Shown here: positions 1 through 10,955 of the stretch, piece by piece | How positions within the stretch are numbered: position 1 is the stretch's first letter | Layout: every line of letters starts with the position of its first letter | NCBI GenBank assembly: GCA_964423595.1 | Contig: CAYRFI010000011.1 | Span: forward strand, 15,826 to 63,345 | DNA length: 47,520 nt | From: an uncultured Thermoanaerobaculia bacterium | Lineage (GTDB): Bacteria > Acidobacteriota > Thermoanaerobaculia > Thermoanaerobaculales > Sulfomarinibacteraceae | Reading direction: 5' to 3' | The notes under the pieces: model-generated | Databases searched by the model: none | The model's input: only the letters and a program-made list of their open reading frames with translations | Told to the model about the DNA's origin: nothing | Translations under genes and position numbers: made by a program

Positions 1-2
1 TC

Positions 3-1709
3 CGACATGTCGAATCGCACGAGCCGGCGCGGATCCTGAAAGAGAAAGCCGGCGAGTTGTCGTGCGACCTCGGTCTTGCCGACCCCGGACGGCCCAAGAA
101 AGATGAATGAACCTATTGGGCGGTCCGGGCTGGTGACACCGAGGCGGCTGCGGCGAATTGCCCTGGCCACGGCCGCAATCGCATCGTCCTGACCGACAAC
201 CCTTTGGCGGAGAATCTCCTCCATCCGCCGCAACCGATCCGCCTCGTCCTCACCGAGGGAGGCAACCGGAATTCCGGTCCAGGACGCCACCACTTCTTCG
301 ACGTCAAAGCGCTCCACCACCACCCGCTCCGGAGGTTCCGCGGCGTGCGTGGCCTCCAGCATCTCGAGCTCTTCGCGCAATCGGAGCTCCTCCTCGCGCA
401 GGTCGACTGCGAGCTCGAAGTCCTTGCGCGAGATTGCATCTTTCATGCGCGCCACGACCTCCCGAATCTCGTGTTGGACCCGTCGCAGGGACGACGTGGA
501 TGATACCTGTCGCAGCTTGACCCGTGCCCCCGCCTCATCGACAACGTCGATGGCTTTATCCGGAAACGCGCGATCGGTAATGTAACGGCCGGCATGACTG
601 ACTGCGGCCTTGATCGCATCATCGGTGTAGCGGACGCCGTGAAACTCCTCGTACCGGCTCTGGACGCCCTCGAGAATCGTGATGGTTTCCTCCTCCGTTG
701 GTTGAAGAATGGTTACAGCCTGGAAGCGGCGGGACAATGCGCGGTCCTTCTCGACGTATTTGCGATACTCACGCACCGTCGTGGCACCGATACACGTGAT
801 TTCGCCCCGGGAAAGCGCCGGTTTGATGATGTTTGCGGCATCGAGAGAACCTTCGGCCGAACCGGTACCGATGAGGGAATGGATCTCGTCGATGAAGATG
901 ATGATCTCGGGGTGGTCCAAAAGCTCTTTGAGGAGCCCTTTGAGACGTTCCTCGAACTGGCCACGGTACTTTGTCCCGGCCACCAGCAGTGAGAGGTCCA
1001 GGGCCAGGATTCGGCGGTCTGCGAGAAGCATCGGCACCGATCCCTCGACGATGCGGGTTGCAAGGCCTTCGACGATGGCCGTCTTCCCGACTCCCGACTC
1101 ACCCAACAACAACGGATTGTTCTTGGTTCGCCGGCTGAGAATCTGCACCATCCGTTCGACCTCTTGCTCACGGCCGATCAGGGGGTCGAAGCCGCCTTCG
1201 GAGGAAATCATCGTCAGATCGCGGGAGTATTCGGCAATGTGGGGCGTCGCTTGTGCCGAGACCTCGGCCTCGAGCTCGCGGCCGCGCTGGACCACCTCCT
1301 CGCGGAGCTGGAAGAGTTCCACCCCGTGCGCGTTCAGGTACTCGGCCGCAGTCGATCCCTCGACCCGAAGGAGACCGAGGATCAAATGCTCCGACCCGAC
1401 GTTCGAGTGGCCCATGCTCTCTGCCTCGTGGACCGCAAAGGCCAAAGCCTTTTTGGTTTCCTCCGCCAGGGGAAGATCGGGCGATGTGCTGACCCGCTCG
1501 ACTGCCACCCGCTCACCAAAAAGCTCGTCGCGAAGCTTCCGGGGATCGATGCCCCTGCTCCTGAGCATCTCGTTGAGGGCCGGGTCCGCCTCGCGAAGCA
1601 TCCCCAGCAGGACATGCTCGAGAGCGATCGAACGACTGCTCGACCGACTCGCTTCGTAGCGGGCAAAAAACAGGCTTCGCCTGACGTGCTCGTTGAATCG
1701 TTCAAACAT
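3..1709 (-). CDS. clpC: ATP-dependent Clp protease ATP-binding subunit, ClpC/ClpA family; 3' end runs off the window
   Basis: Missing from the ORF track because it is open at the edge. Manual translation from ATG 1709 gives MFERFNEHVRRSLFFARYEAS (Clp N-domain). Near the window start it reads PIGSFIFLGPSGVGKTEVARQLA...LVRFDMS (second AAA+ Walker A). Start overlaps the lolD stop. Confidence 0.92.
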   Translation of the reverse strand, partial: MFERFNEHVRRSLFFARYEASRSSSRSIALEHVLLGMLREADPALNEMLRSRGIDPRKLRDELFGERVAVERVSTSPDLPLAEETKKALAFAVHEAESMGHSNVGSEHLILGLLRVEGSTAAEYLNAHGVELFQLREEVVQRGRELEAEVSAQATPHIAEYSRDLTMISSEGGFDPLIGREQEVERMVQILSRRTKNNPLLLGESGVGKTAIVEGLATRIVEGSVPMLLADRRILALDLSLLVAGTKYRGQFEERLKGLLKELLDHPEIIIFIDEIHSLIGTGSAEGSLDAANIIKPALSRGEITCIGATTVREYRKYVEKDRALSRRFQAVTILQPTEEETITILEGVQSRYEEFHGVRYTDDAIKAAVSHAGRYITDRAFPDKAIDVVDEAGARVKLRQVSSTSSLRRVQHEIREVVARMKDAISRKDFELAVDLREEELRLREELEMLEATHAAEPPERVVVERFDVEEVVASWTGIPVASLGEDEADRLRRMEEILRQRVVGQDDAIAAVARAIRRSRLGVTSPDRPIGSFIFLGPSGVGKTEVARQLAGFLFQDPRRLVRFDMS

Positions 1710-2391
1710 GATCGAAATTTTCGCCCGCAGGCGCGAGGCGGAAGATCCCGTCGCACTTGCGGGCCATCTCTTCGTCGTGGGTCACTATAATTGATGTCAA
1801 TCCAGCCATCAAATGGAGTTCGCGGATCAGCGAAAAGACAGCATCGGAATTGGCACGATCGAGGTTCCCGGTGGGTTCGTCGGCCAACAGGAGATCCGGC
1901 TCCATCGCCAGCGCGCGCGCCACTGCAACTCTCTGCTGCTCGCCACCCGAAAGCTGGTCCGGATAATGGTGCGCCCGATCGGATAAGGACACCGCCTCCA
2001 GAAGCTCCTCGGCCCGAGCACGGGCGAACGAGGTACGTTGGCCCGCGATGCGTTGTGGCAGAGCGACGTTGTCCAGAGCGTCGAGCTCGTCAAGCAGATA
2101 GTGATGCTGGAAAACGAACCCGATCATCTTGTTTCGGAGGTGGGCCCGCGCCTCACGGCCGAGTCTCCCGACCTCGCTCCCACCGAGCGTCAGGCGGCCG
2201 TCATCTGGTCGGTCAAGCAGGCCGATGATGTGGAGCAGGGTGCTCTTTCCAACCCCCGAAGGTCCAACAACGGCCAGCATCCGTCCTTTTTCGACTTCGA
2301 TATCGAGGTCTTTTAACACCTGGATCCGGGTCCCGCCGGCGCCGAATCCCTTGCTCAAACCGGCAATCGACACCATCATCGGGTCACTCAT
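1702..2391 (-). CDS. lolD: Lipoprotein-releasing ABC transporter ATP-binding protein
   Basis: Walker A GPSGVGKS, LSGGEQQRVAVARAL, LLADEPTGNLD, VTHD. Start MSDPMMV overlaps the stop of the upstream permease. Confidence 0.9.
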   Translation of the reverse strand: MSDPMMVSIAGLSKGFGAGGTRIQVLKDLDIEVEKGRMLAVVGPSGVGKSTLLHIIGLLDRPDDGRLTLGGSEVGRLGREARAHLRNKMIGFVFQHHYLLDELDALDNVALPQRIAGQRTSFARARAEELLEAVSLSDRAHHYPDQLSGGEQQRVAVARALAMEPDLLLADEPTGNLDRANSDAVFSLIRELHLMAGLTSIIVTHDEEMARKCDGIFRLAPAGENFDHV

Positions 2392-3595
2392 ACCGGAAGC
2401 CTTCGGCCGGCTCGCGGCGTGCGACCATTCGTGACGGCAGCCACGATGCTGCAGCCGAAAGCGCAAACGCAACCGCCATGACAAACGCCACCATCGACGG
2501 TTCGACTCGAAAGGGAACCGAGGAGAAGCTGAAGACGCCCCGTGGTAAGGGGAGAACACCGCTTTCGTCGAGAAACGTCGATAATGCGACGCCGACCACG
2601 GCACCGAGAGTCGATCCGACCAGGCCGATACCCATCCCCAGCACAAGGAAGAGCCTTCGCAAAGAACGCGGCGTCAAACCGATGCCAGCCAGCACAGCGA
2701 GGTCAACTCGCTTCTCCGCAGCAATCATGGCGACGTTGCACAGCAGATTGAGGGCCGCCACGACGAGCATCAGCCCGACCGCCACGAAGATCATCACTCG
2801 CTCCATGGCAAGCGCGAGAAGGAGCGGGCGATGAAGGTCGACGAGACCCTCAACGCGTATCCGGTAGGTCTCGGGGTCGAGCACAGAGCGGACCCTGTCA
2901 CCCAATTGCCAGGGATCGGTGATGTCGCGAAGCTCGATCGCCTCGACCACCGCTTCGCCCCACAGGAGCCGCTGCGCAAGCTCCAGCGGCAGGCGAACCG
3001 ATCCCTCTTGCGATCCCGGTTCCGGCGCCAACACCCTCGCGATCTCAGCTCGCACCCTGACCGGCAGGGGTCCCATCGGCGTCAATCTCTGGCGCGGCGA
3101 GATGACCGAGATTTCTTCGCCACTACCAATCTGAAGTCGGTTGGCGAGGATACGGTCCAACCCCACATCGAGAGCGTCAGAGCGGCCGATCACGGATGCC
3201 GGAACGGCATCTGTGAACGATGAAACCAGGCATGTACCGCGTACAACCTCTACCAACTCCACCTCTGGAAGCTCTTCCTGCAAAACCGAGGCCAATTCCC
3301 CGGGATCGGCGAGGCGACGGCCGGCGGCCGGAATCACCCTGGCGTGGGTGGCCCTGGTCACGATCTCGGACCGGATGCTCGCCTGAAAGCCCTCGAGAAG
3401 GGAAAGGGTGACCACGAGAGCGAGCACTCCGAGGCCGAGCCCGATCATCGAAATCAAGGTTACGGTGGCGATATGGGTCCGCCGCCTGAGGCCCACGAGG
3501 TAGCGCCGCGCAAGGTGAAGCTCAACCGACAACGGCGGCCATCCGATCTTCGGGAATCCGAATCGCAGTCCGGAAAAGCGTACTGGGGCGCCCAC
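2384..3595 (-). CDS. Lipoprotein-releasing ABC transporter permease, LolC/LolE (FtsX-like) family; true start may be TTG at 3532
   Basis: ELHLARRYL N-terminus, GLGVLALVVTLSLLEGF helix, four-TM FtsX-type layout, C-terminal PSRMVARREPAEGFRYE; adjacent to lolD. Confidence 0.88.
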   Translation of the reverse strand: MGAPVRFSGLRFGFPKIGWPPLSVELHLARRYLVGLRRRTHIATVTLISMIGLGLGVLALVVTLSLLEGFQASIRSEIVTRATHARVIPAAGRRLADPGELASVLQEELPEVELVEVVRGTCLVSSFTDAVPASVIGRSDALDVGLDRILANRLQIGSGEEISVISPRQRLTPMGPLPVRVRAEIARVLAPEPGSQEGSVRLPLELAQRLLWGEAVVEAIELRDITDPWQLGDRVRSVLDPETYRIRVEGLVDLHRPLLLALAMERVMIFVAVGLMLVVAALNLLCNVAMIAAEKRVDLAVLAGIGLTPRSLRRLFLVLGMGIGLVGSTLGAVVGVALSTFLDESGVLPLPRGVFSFSSVPFRVEPSMVAFVMAVAFALSAAASWLPSRMVARREPAEGFRYE

Positions 3596-3645
3596 GCGAG
3601 TCTTTGACGCCCTCTCCTCGGAATTGGTGCTGCGGTGCCGTCATC

Positions 3646-5130
<1,485 letters not shown>

Positions 5131-5215
5131 TTTTCCTCCACGCCTTATTCGCGGCGCGTTATTTTACCCCAGCAATTCGTCTTCGACGAATTGCAGGGCT
5201 GGGTTTTTCAGTGGT

Positions 5216-6043
5216 TTAGCGTTTGCGTTCCAAGCGTCTGCGGGCAGTGCTGCTGCGCTTCGCGGGACCTTTGCCAACCCGTCTTGCAGGTTTCCCGGTC
5301 GGCGGGCGCTGTGTTTTCGAGATCGCACGGCGCAACGACGCCAGCTCCTTCTTCGCGATGGTGCGGAAATCTCCCGGGTTCAAGGAGTCATCGCGAAGGG
5401 GACCGATCGCTGTGCGACGCAGGCGCTGTACGTGGTGGCCGGCGCTGAGAAAAAGCTCCCGAACCTCGTGCGTGCGACCCTCCGAGACTTCCAGACGCCA
5501 CCACGTGGCCTTGCCACCGCGGACCTTCGACGCCTTCTGCGCCCGCTGCGGTTTGACGTGCCGACCCTCGACAGTGGTTCCCGCCATCAGCTTACGGTAC
5601 TCGGAGGCCGTGAGGTCGCCGCGGATTTTCACGAGGTATTCGCGCACCACTCCGAAACGCGGGTGGGCGATCTGAGCAGCGAGCTCGCCGTCATTCGTGA
5701 GGATGAGCAGCCCCTCGGAGTGATAGTCCAGGCGGCCAACCGGGTAGACGCGCTCACGCACAGCCGGCCGCACGATATCGAGCACGGTCTTACGTTCCTC
5801 GGGATCGTCACAGGTGGTCATCACCGCGCGCGGTTTGTAGAGCAGGAGATACCGCAACGCTTCCGGCGCCTTGACTGTCTTGCCGTCAACCTTGATGCGA
5901 GCCGTGCCCGGGTCGGCCTTTTCACCCGGCTCCGCCGCCCGTCCGTCAACTGTCACGCGTCCGTCGGCGATCATCTGGTCGGCGTCGCGGCGCGAGCACA
6001 GACCCGAGCGCGCGATGATCTTCTGAATTCGTTCCTCGGTCAT
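5216..6043 (-). CDS. rluB: rRNA pseudouridine synthase, RsuA/RluB family (S4 domain plus catalytic domain)
   Basis: ERIQKIIARSGLCSRRDAD (S4), PVGRLDYHSEGLL, EGRTHEVR; basic C-terminal tail. Confidence 0.88.
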   Translation of the reverse strand: MTEERIQKIIARSGLCSRRDADQMIADGRVTVDGRAAEPGEKADPGTARIKVDGKTVKAPEALRYLLLYKPRAVMTTCDDPEERKTVLDIVRPAVRERVYPVGRLDYHSEGLLILTNDGELAAQIAHPRFGVVREYLVKIRGDLTASEYRKLMAGTTVEGRHVKPQRAQKASKVRGGKATWWRLEVSEGRTHEVRELFLSAGHHVQRLRRTAIGPLRDDSLNPGDFRTIAKKELASLRRAISKTQRPPTGKPARRVGKGPAKRSSTARRRLERKR

Positions 6044-6106
6044 GATTCCCTCCGGCGGGAGACTCCACCTCGCGGCGGGGGGGTGATTGTAGCGCACGAA
6101 AGGCAT

Positions 6107-6306
6107 AACGGCTATGCGGCCCTGCGGCCATACGGCCCAACGGCTTGACGGCCTTTCGGCCGCGAGCGTCTTGAAGTGATCATGCTCTGCGGAGAGGTTT
6201 GCCGAGCCGCAACCACGTTGGAACCGCAAAGACGCGAAGAGCGCGAAGCTCGGTAGAAAGAACGCGACTTTGCGCCGTCTTTGCGACTTTGCGTCTTTGC
6301 GTTGAC
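6107..6306. repeat. Composite intergenic element, copy 1 (8-mer array, spacer, 9-mer-period palindrome)
   Basis: gagccgcaaccacgttggaaccgcaaagacgcgaagagcgcgaag (6204-6248) closely matches the reverse complement of about 25851-25895; the similarity extends into the acggcttgacggc 8-mer array. Confidence 0.8.
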
Positions 6307-6412
6307 AAAAATGTTGCGGTGGGTGTGAGTCCCTCAAACAAAAGCAGGGCGTTTTTGGCACGGAGGCGGAAACGGAGACGGGCACGGTTTGAAGCGCTAT
6401 TCTGAATTGGCC

Positions 6413-7654
6413 ATGCCCACAGTCAATTCAGCTGCGCTCGAAAACGATCTCCTGTTGCGCGGGGTGTGGGAGGGGCTCGGCACACCGGATTGCCACGTCA
6501 CGGGCGGTTATGTTCGGGATCGGTTACTGGGGCGGGACAGTGTCGATCTCGACCTTGTCCTGCCCGGCGATATCGAGGCCGCGACCGGCCCCGCGCGTCG
6601 GCTGGCGGCGCGGCTCGACACCCGAGCTCACGTTCTCGGGCGCGACGCGAACCGCGTATGGCGGATTGAATGCCCCGACATCAAGATCGAGCTGTGGCCG
6701 CTCGGGAATCTCAGTCATGACGACGACATCAGACGCCGTGACTTCAGTTGCAACGCCATCTGCTGGCGGCTTCCGAAAGGCCCCCTGGACGATCGGATCG
6801 GTGGTCGGAAAGATCTTGAGAGCGGGGTCATTCGCGCTCTCTCGAAGCGAAACCTCGAGGACGACCCGGTGCGGCTTGTCCGAGGCCCACGATTCCTCGC
6901 CCAACTCGAGGGCTTCAAACTCGACCCACAAACCGCGGCCTGGATCGGCGACCTCGCCCCCGCTGTTTCGGACGCTCCTCGCGAGCGCGTCGGTCAGGAG
7001 CTGCTCAAGCTTCTCGTTGGCCCCGGCGCCGCGAACGGGCTTCGCAGTCTGCTGGACCTCGATTTGCTCGAGCCTTCAGCCCCGCGAACAGCTCGCTGCG
7101 ACCGGAGCTGGATTGAAAGCAATCTCACGGCGGTCGCTCGCCTGAGCGGATCCGCGCCCCACCCGGTAGCGGCGTCTGTCCGAACAGGAGGCATCGCCGC
7201 GCGCCTGGCCGTGATCTTCCGCGCCTGGAGCTGTCCGAACGCGGACATCGTCGCTCCCCTCGCATGGTCGCGCTCAGAACGCCGAGACGCCGCCCGAGCC
7301 GCGGCGCTCCTCGAGCACGCCCTGACGACAGTCGAGGCATCTGCCGCCGACAGGCGGGCGTTCATCCACTCGGCCGGGACAGCGTTTCCCGCCACTCTTG
7401 CATTCGCCGCCGCCGTCGAGCCCGACCGAAACTGGACCCGCTGGTGGCGCCTGTGGAGGGAGAGCGGTCAAGAGCTCGTGAGCCCCGACCGGCTGCTAAC
7501 GGGCGAAGAAATCGCCAACATTCTGGAGATCGAACCCGGCCCCGGGCTCGGCCGCGCAATCGACGCCCTCACCGAAGCGCAGGTTCGTGGTGAGGTGAGG
7601 ACTGCACAAACGGCCGAGAGGTGGTTGCGGGTGTGGTCGAAGAGGGCCGTCTGA
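6413..7654 (+). CDS. tRNA nucleotidyltransferase / poly(A) polymerase family (class II NTase), probably CC-adding type
   Basis: GGYVRD..DLDL (motif A), RRDFSCNA (motif B), EDDPVRLVRGPRF (motif D), ERVGQELLK, C-terminal LLTGEEI...PGPGLG. Confidence 0.88.
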   Translation: MPTVNSAALENDLLLRGVWEGLGTPDCHVTGGYVRDRLLGRDSVDLDLVLPGDIEAATGPARRLAARLDTRAHVLGRDANRVWRIECPDIKIELWPLGNLSHDDDIRRRDFSCNAICWRLPKGPLDDRIGGRKDLESGVIRALSKRNLEDDPVRLVRGPRFLAQLEGFKLDPQTAAWIGDLAPAVSDAPRERVGQELLKLLVGPGAANGLRSLLDLDLLEPSAPRTARCDRSWIESNLTAVARLSGSAPHPVAASVRTGGIAARLAVIFRAWSCPNADIVAPLAWSRSERRDAARAAALLEHALTTVEASAADRRAFIHSAGTAFPATLAFAAAVEPDRNWTRWWRLWRESGQELVSPDRLLTGEEIANILEIEPGPGLGRAIDALTEAQVRGEVRTAQTAERWLRVWSKRAV

Positions 7655-7768
7655 ACACGCAGGCACGGACAGACGAAATCGACTGCTGGCCAAGGAGACG
7701 GGAACGGGCACGGGTCGAACGCGGCTGCGAATGCGGACTCGGGCGTGAGAATGGGTAATATATCCGCC

Positions 7769-9457
7769 ATGACATCGACACTGGTTGTTGTGGCGTGTTT
7801 CGGGTTCTATTTCGCGGGCTATCTCTTCTACTCCCATTTCCTCGCACAGCAGGTCTTTGCGTTGCGGCCCGACGCGGTGACGCCGGCGCACTCGATGGAG
7901 GACGGAATCGACTACGTGCCGACCAGACCGATCGTGCTCTTCGGCCACCACTACGCCTCCATCACGGGCCTGTCGCCGATGCTCGGGCCAGCGATCGCCG
8001 TGGTATGGGGCTGGCTGCCGGCAATGTTGTGGGTAGTCTTGGGTTCGATTCTGATTGGCTGCGTGCACGACTTCGGCGCCCTGGTGATATCGGTTCGCGC
8101 GAAAGGGTTGTCGATCGGGGCCATCGCGGAGGGCTTGATGGGGCCGCGTGCGAAGTCCCTCATGCACGCCATCATCTTCTTCGCCATCGCGCTCGCCATG
8201 GGTGTCTTCGCTTACGTGGTCGGGCTCCTGTTCTCGGCCGACTACTACCCCGAGTCGGTGGTCCCGTCCGCGGCGATCCTGGGAGCGGCCATGCTCATCG
8301 GCTGGCTAGTGCGACGCCGCGGGCAACGGCTGATGCCCCTGGTTTCAGTCGCCTTCGCGCTGATCCTGATCGTGGTCGTAGCCTCACCTGCCTTTCCCGT
8401 CCGTTGGGCCTCGTCCGGCGGATGGACCTGGATCCTCCTCGCCTACGCGTGGTTCGCGTCTGTGCTGCCCGTGTGGTCGCTGCTGCAGCCCCGAGACTTC
8501 CTCAACTCTTTGCTGCTGTACGTCGGGCTCGGCCTGACCTACGTCGGGTTTTTCATTCTCCGCCCAGAATTCGCCTCACCGATCGTGGACTCCCATCCAG
8601 TCGGTGCCCCACCCATGTACCCGTTCGTCTTCATCGTCATCGCTTGCGGCGCTGCCTCCGGCTTCCATTCGCTCGTCTCCTCCGGAACCACCGCCAAACA
8701 GCTGGACCGCGAGCCCCACGCCCGCCCGATCGGCTATGGCGCCATGCTTGGCGAATCACTGCTTGGGTTGGCCGCGGTCCTCGCATGCACCGCGGGTTTT
8801 GTCTCACCAACCGCATGGCGCCACCACTATGCCAACTGGGACTCGATCCAGGGACTCGGTTCGAGCATGAGCGCGTTCATCGAGGGCGCCACACGCTTCG
8901 TGTCGACGGTCGGGCTGCCGGAGCAGACCGCGCGCACCCTGATCGCGGTCGTGGTCGTGAGCTTTGCGCTGACAACGCTGGATTCAGCCACCCGCCTCTT
9001 GCGCTACAACATCGAGGAGATCGGCACCTCGATCCGCTTCGCACCGTTTCAAAACCGCTATCTGTCGTCGACGATCGCCGTTGCAGCCATCTCGTTCTTC
9101 GCGTTTTACCGCATCGAGGGCCGCTCCGCCGGCCTTGTCCTGTGGCAGCTCTTCGGCTCGACCAACCAGCTGCTGGCCGGTCTCGCCCTGCTGACAGTGT
9201 CTCTTTATCTCCTCCAACGCAGGCGGTTCGCCCTGCCCTATCTGCTGCCGATGATCTTCATGATGGTCACGACCCTTATCGCCATGACCACGAAATTGCT
9301 CTCCTTCTGGCGGGACGGTAACAACACCCTCCTCTTCATCGGCGGCGCCATCACCTTCATCGCCCTGTGGCTGGTCGTCGAGGCGGTGCTGGCAATCGTC
9401 CGCTACTCGCGGACGCCGGCCGAGGAGAGCCTGGATATCGTCCTGCCGGACGCGTGA
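7769..9457 (+). CDS. cstA: Carbon starvation protein A family transporter
   Basis: TPAH..EDGIDYVPT, LFGHHYASITG, HDFGAL, LLQPRD, IACGAASGFHSL, GYGAMLGE, FALTTLDSATRL, LFGSTNQLLA. Confidence 0.93.
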   Translation: MTSTLVVVACFGFYFAGYLFYSHFLAQQVFALRPDAVTPAHSMEDGIDYVPTRPIVLFGHHYASITGLSPMLGPAIAVVWGWLPAMLWVVLGSILIGCVHDFGALVISVRAKGLSIGAIAEGLMGPRAKSLMHAIIFFAIALAMGVFAYVVGLLFSADYYPESVVPSAAILGAAMLIGWLVRRRGQRLMPLVSVAFALILIVVVASPAFPVRWASSGGWTWILLAYAWFASVLPVWSLLQPRDFLNSLLLYVGLGLTYVGFFILRPEFASPIVDSHPVGAPPMYPFVFIVIACGAASGFHSLVSSGTTAKQLDREPHARPIGYGAMLGESLLGLAAVLACTAGFVSPTAWRHHYANWDSIQGLGSSMSAFIEGATRFVSTVGLPEQTARTLIAVVVVSFALTTLDSATRLLRYNIEEIGTSIRFAPFQNRYLSSTIAVAAISFFAFYRIEGRSAGLVLWQLFGSTNQLLAGLALLTVSLYLLQRRRFALPYLLPMIFMMVTTLIAMTTKLLSFWRDGNNTLLFIGGAITFIALWLVVEAVLAIVRYSRTPAEESLDIVLPDA

Positions 9458-9589
9458 AACGCTACCGGCAGCATTGATGAGCAGCGGGTATTTGCAGGAT
9501 GAGGCCCGCCACTCCCGCGGCCGCGTTTTGGGCAGGGAGCGATGACCCTGCTGATCCGGGGCCGAGCTGATCAGGCATAATGAGAACAT

Positions 9590-10945
9590 ATGTATCTCTG
9601 GAAGCGGCTCGTTCTTGCCTCGCTCATCGCCACTCAGCTGGCGTGCGCAGCGAAGCATCGCAATGTTGTGCTCTTCACCCTCGATACGACCCGCGCCGAT
9701 CACCTCGGCTGTTATGGCTATCAGTACGACACGAGTCCTCGCATCGATCGGCTCGCCCGCGATGGCGTCCGTTTCGACTTTGCCATCGCCCAGTCGAGCG
9801 AGACACCGATTTCATGTGCCAGCCAGCTCACCGGAACCTACCCATACCGGCACAAGCTACGCGCGATGCACGGTTTCGCCATGACCTCGCTCGATGATTC
9901 TGTGCGGACGCTGGCAGAGGTCTTCAGCGGGCACCAATACACCACGGCAGCCTTCATCAGCGCCTTCCCGGCCAGCAGCCGCTACGGGCTCGAGCGCGGA
10001 TTTGCCGTCTTCGATGAGTCATTTCTCCGCCGGCGACCCCCCAGCATTCTCGACGATGGCACGGTCGCCACCGGCAGCAGCCAGAGATCGGCTGACGAGA
10101 CGACGGCTTCGGTTCTGGAGTGGTTGCAGGGCGATCCCGGAGCTCCGTTCTTCCTGTGGGTACACCTCTTCGACCCCCATGACACCCATCTCCTGCCACC
10201 AGCCACGTACCTCGAGAAGCACATGCAGGGACGCCAGATCGAGGATCAGCACGACTATCTGCGTGCTGTGTACGATGCCGAGATCTCCTTTGCAGATATG
10301 CATGTCGGCATCATCGTTGACGAACTCGATCGTCTCGGCCTGCGCGCATCGACCGTGCTCGCAGTCACTGCAGACCATGGAGAAGGTCTCGGCGATCACA
10401 ACTGGTGGAAGCATAGCTTGCTGTACCAGGAGCAGATCAAGGTACCCCTGATCCTGCAGGGGCCGGGGATCCCGGCTGGACAGGTGATTGCGCCGGTCGT
10501 CGAGCATGTCGACCTCATGCCGACCCTGGTGCAGCTGGCCGGCCTCGATCAGTCAACGCTCGCCGGAGTGCAGGGAGAAAGCCTGGTCGGGCTGCTGTCC
10601 GGAGACGGTGTACGCGATCGAGGAACCACGGCCTATAGCGAGGTCCACAGCTTCTTCACCTTGAGCGAGTCTCCCGGCAAACGTGACATTGGCGTCATCT
10701 ACTCGATCATCGAAGACCGCTGGAAGCTCCTCCACTTTCCCCGGCGTCCGGCATACGACAAGCTCTTCGACCTGCAAGAAGATCCTGGCGAGCTTCACAG
10801 CCTCATCGACCAGCACCGAGAGATTGCCGAGAGCCTGCTCGGCGAGCTTGAACGGCGAGAAGCTATCGACATCCAGCTGCCCGATCGGGAGGAGGTCACA
10901 GCGGAAGATCTGGAGCTCCTGAGGTCACTGGGATACGTCGAGTAG
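9590..10945 (+). CDS. Sulfatase-like hydrolase (alkaline phosphatase superfamily), probable lipoprotein
   Basis: NVVLFTLDTTRADHL, HLFDPH, YDAEI, TADHGEGL, VPLIL, LFDLQEDPGE, LRSLGYV; N-terminal QLAC lipobox-like motif. Confidence 0.88.
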   Translation: MYLWKRLVLASLIATQLACAAKHRNVVLFTLDTTRADHLGCYGYQYDTSPRIDRLARDGVRFDFAIAQSSETPISCASQLTGTYPYRHKLRAMHGFAMTSLDDSVRTLAEVFSGHQYTTAAFISAFPASSRYGLERGFAVFDESFLRRRPPSILDDGTVATGSSQRSADETTASVLEWLQGDPGAPFFLWVHLFDPHDTHLLPPATYLEKHMQGRQIEDQHDYLRAVYDAEISFADMHVGIIVDELDRLGLRASTVLAVTADHGEGLGDHNWWKHSLLYQEQIKVPLILQGPGIPAGQVIAPVVEHVDLMPTLVQLAGLDQSTLAGVQGESLVGLLSGDGVRDRGTTAYSEVHSFFTLSESPGKRDIGVIYSIIEDRWKLLHFPRRPAYDKLFDLQEDPGELHSLIDQHREIAESLLGELERREAIDIQLPDREEVTAEDLELLRSLGYVE

Positions 10946-10955
10946 CCCGCAAATC

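Noticed and set aside
113-1790. Several long plus-strand and off-frame ORFs
   Set aside because: Shadow ORFs of the minus-strand clpC and lolD genes; no motifs. The same applies to long antisense ORFs elsewhere (for example 3604-4566, 41045-42292, 44755-45927).
5167-5208. Perfect 10-bp hairpin between rluB and lysS
   Set aside because: Real stem (5172-5194), but the T-run is on the non-coding strand and its role is unclear; probably an ordinary terminator or processing hairpin.
7795-9321. 508-aa alternative-frame ORF inside cstA
   Set aside because: Arg/Pro-rich GC-frame artefact with no recognisable domain.
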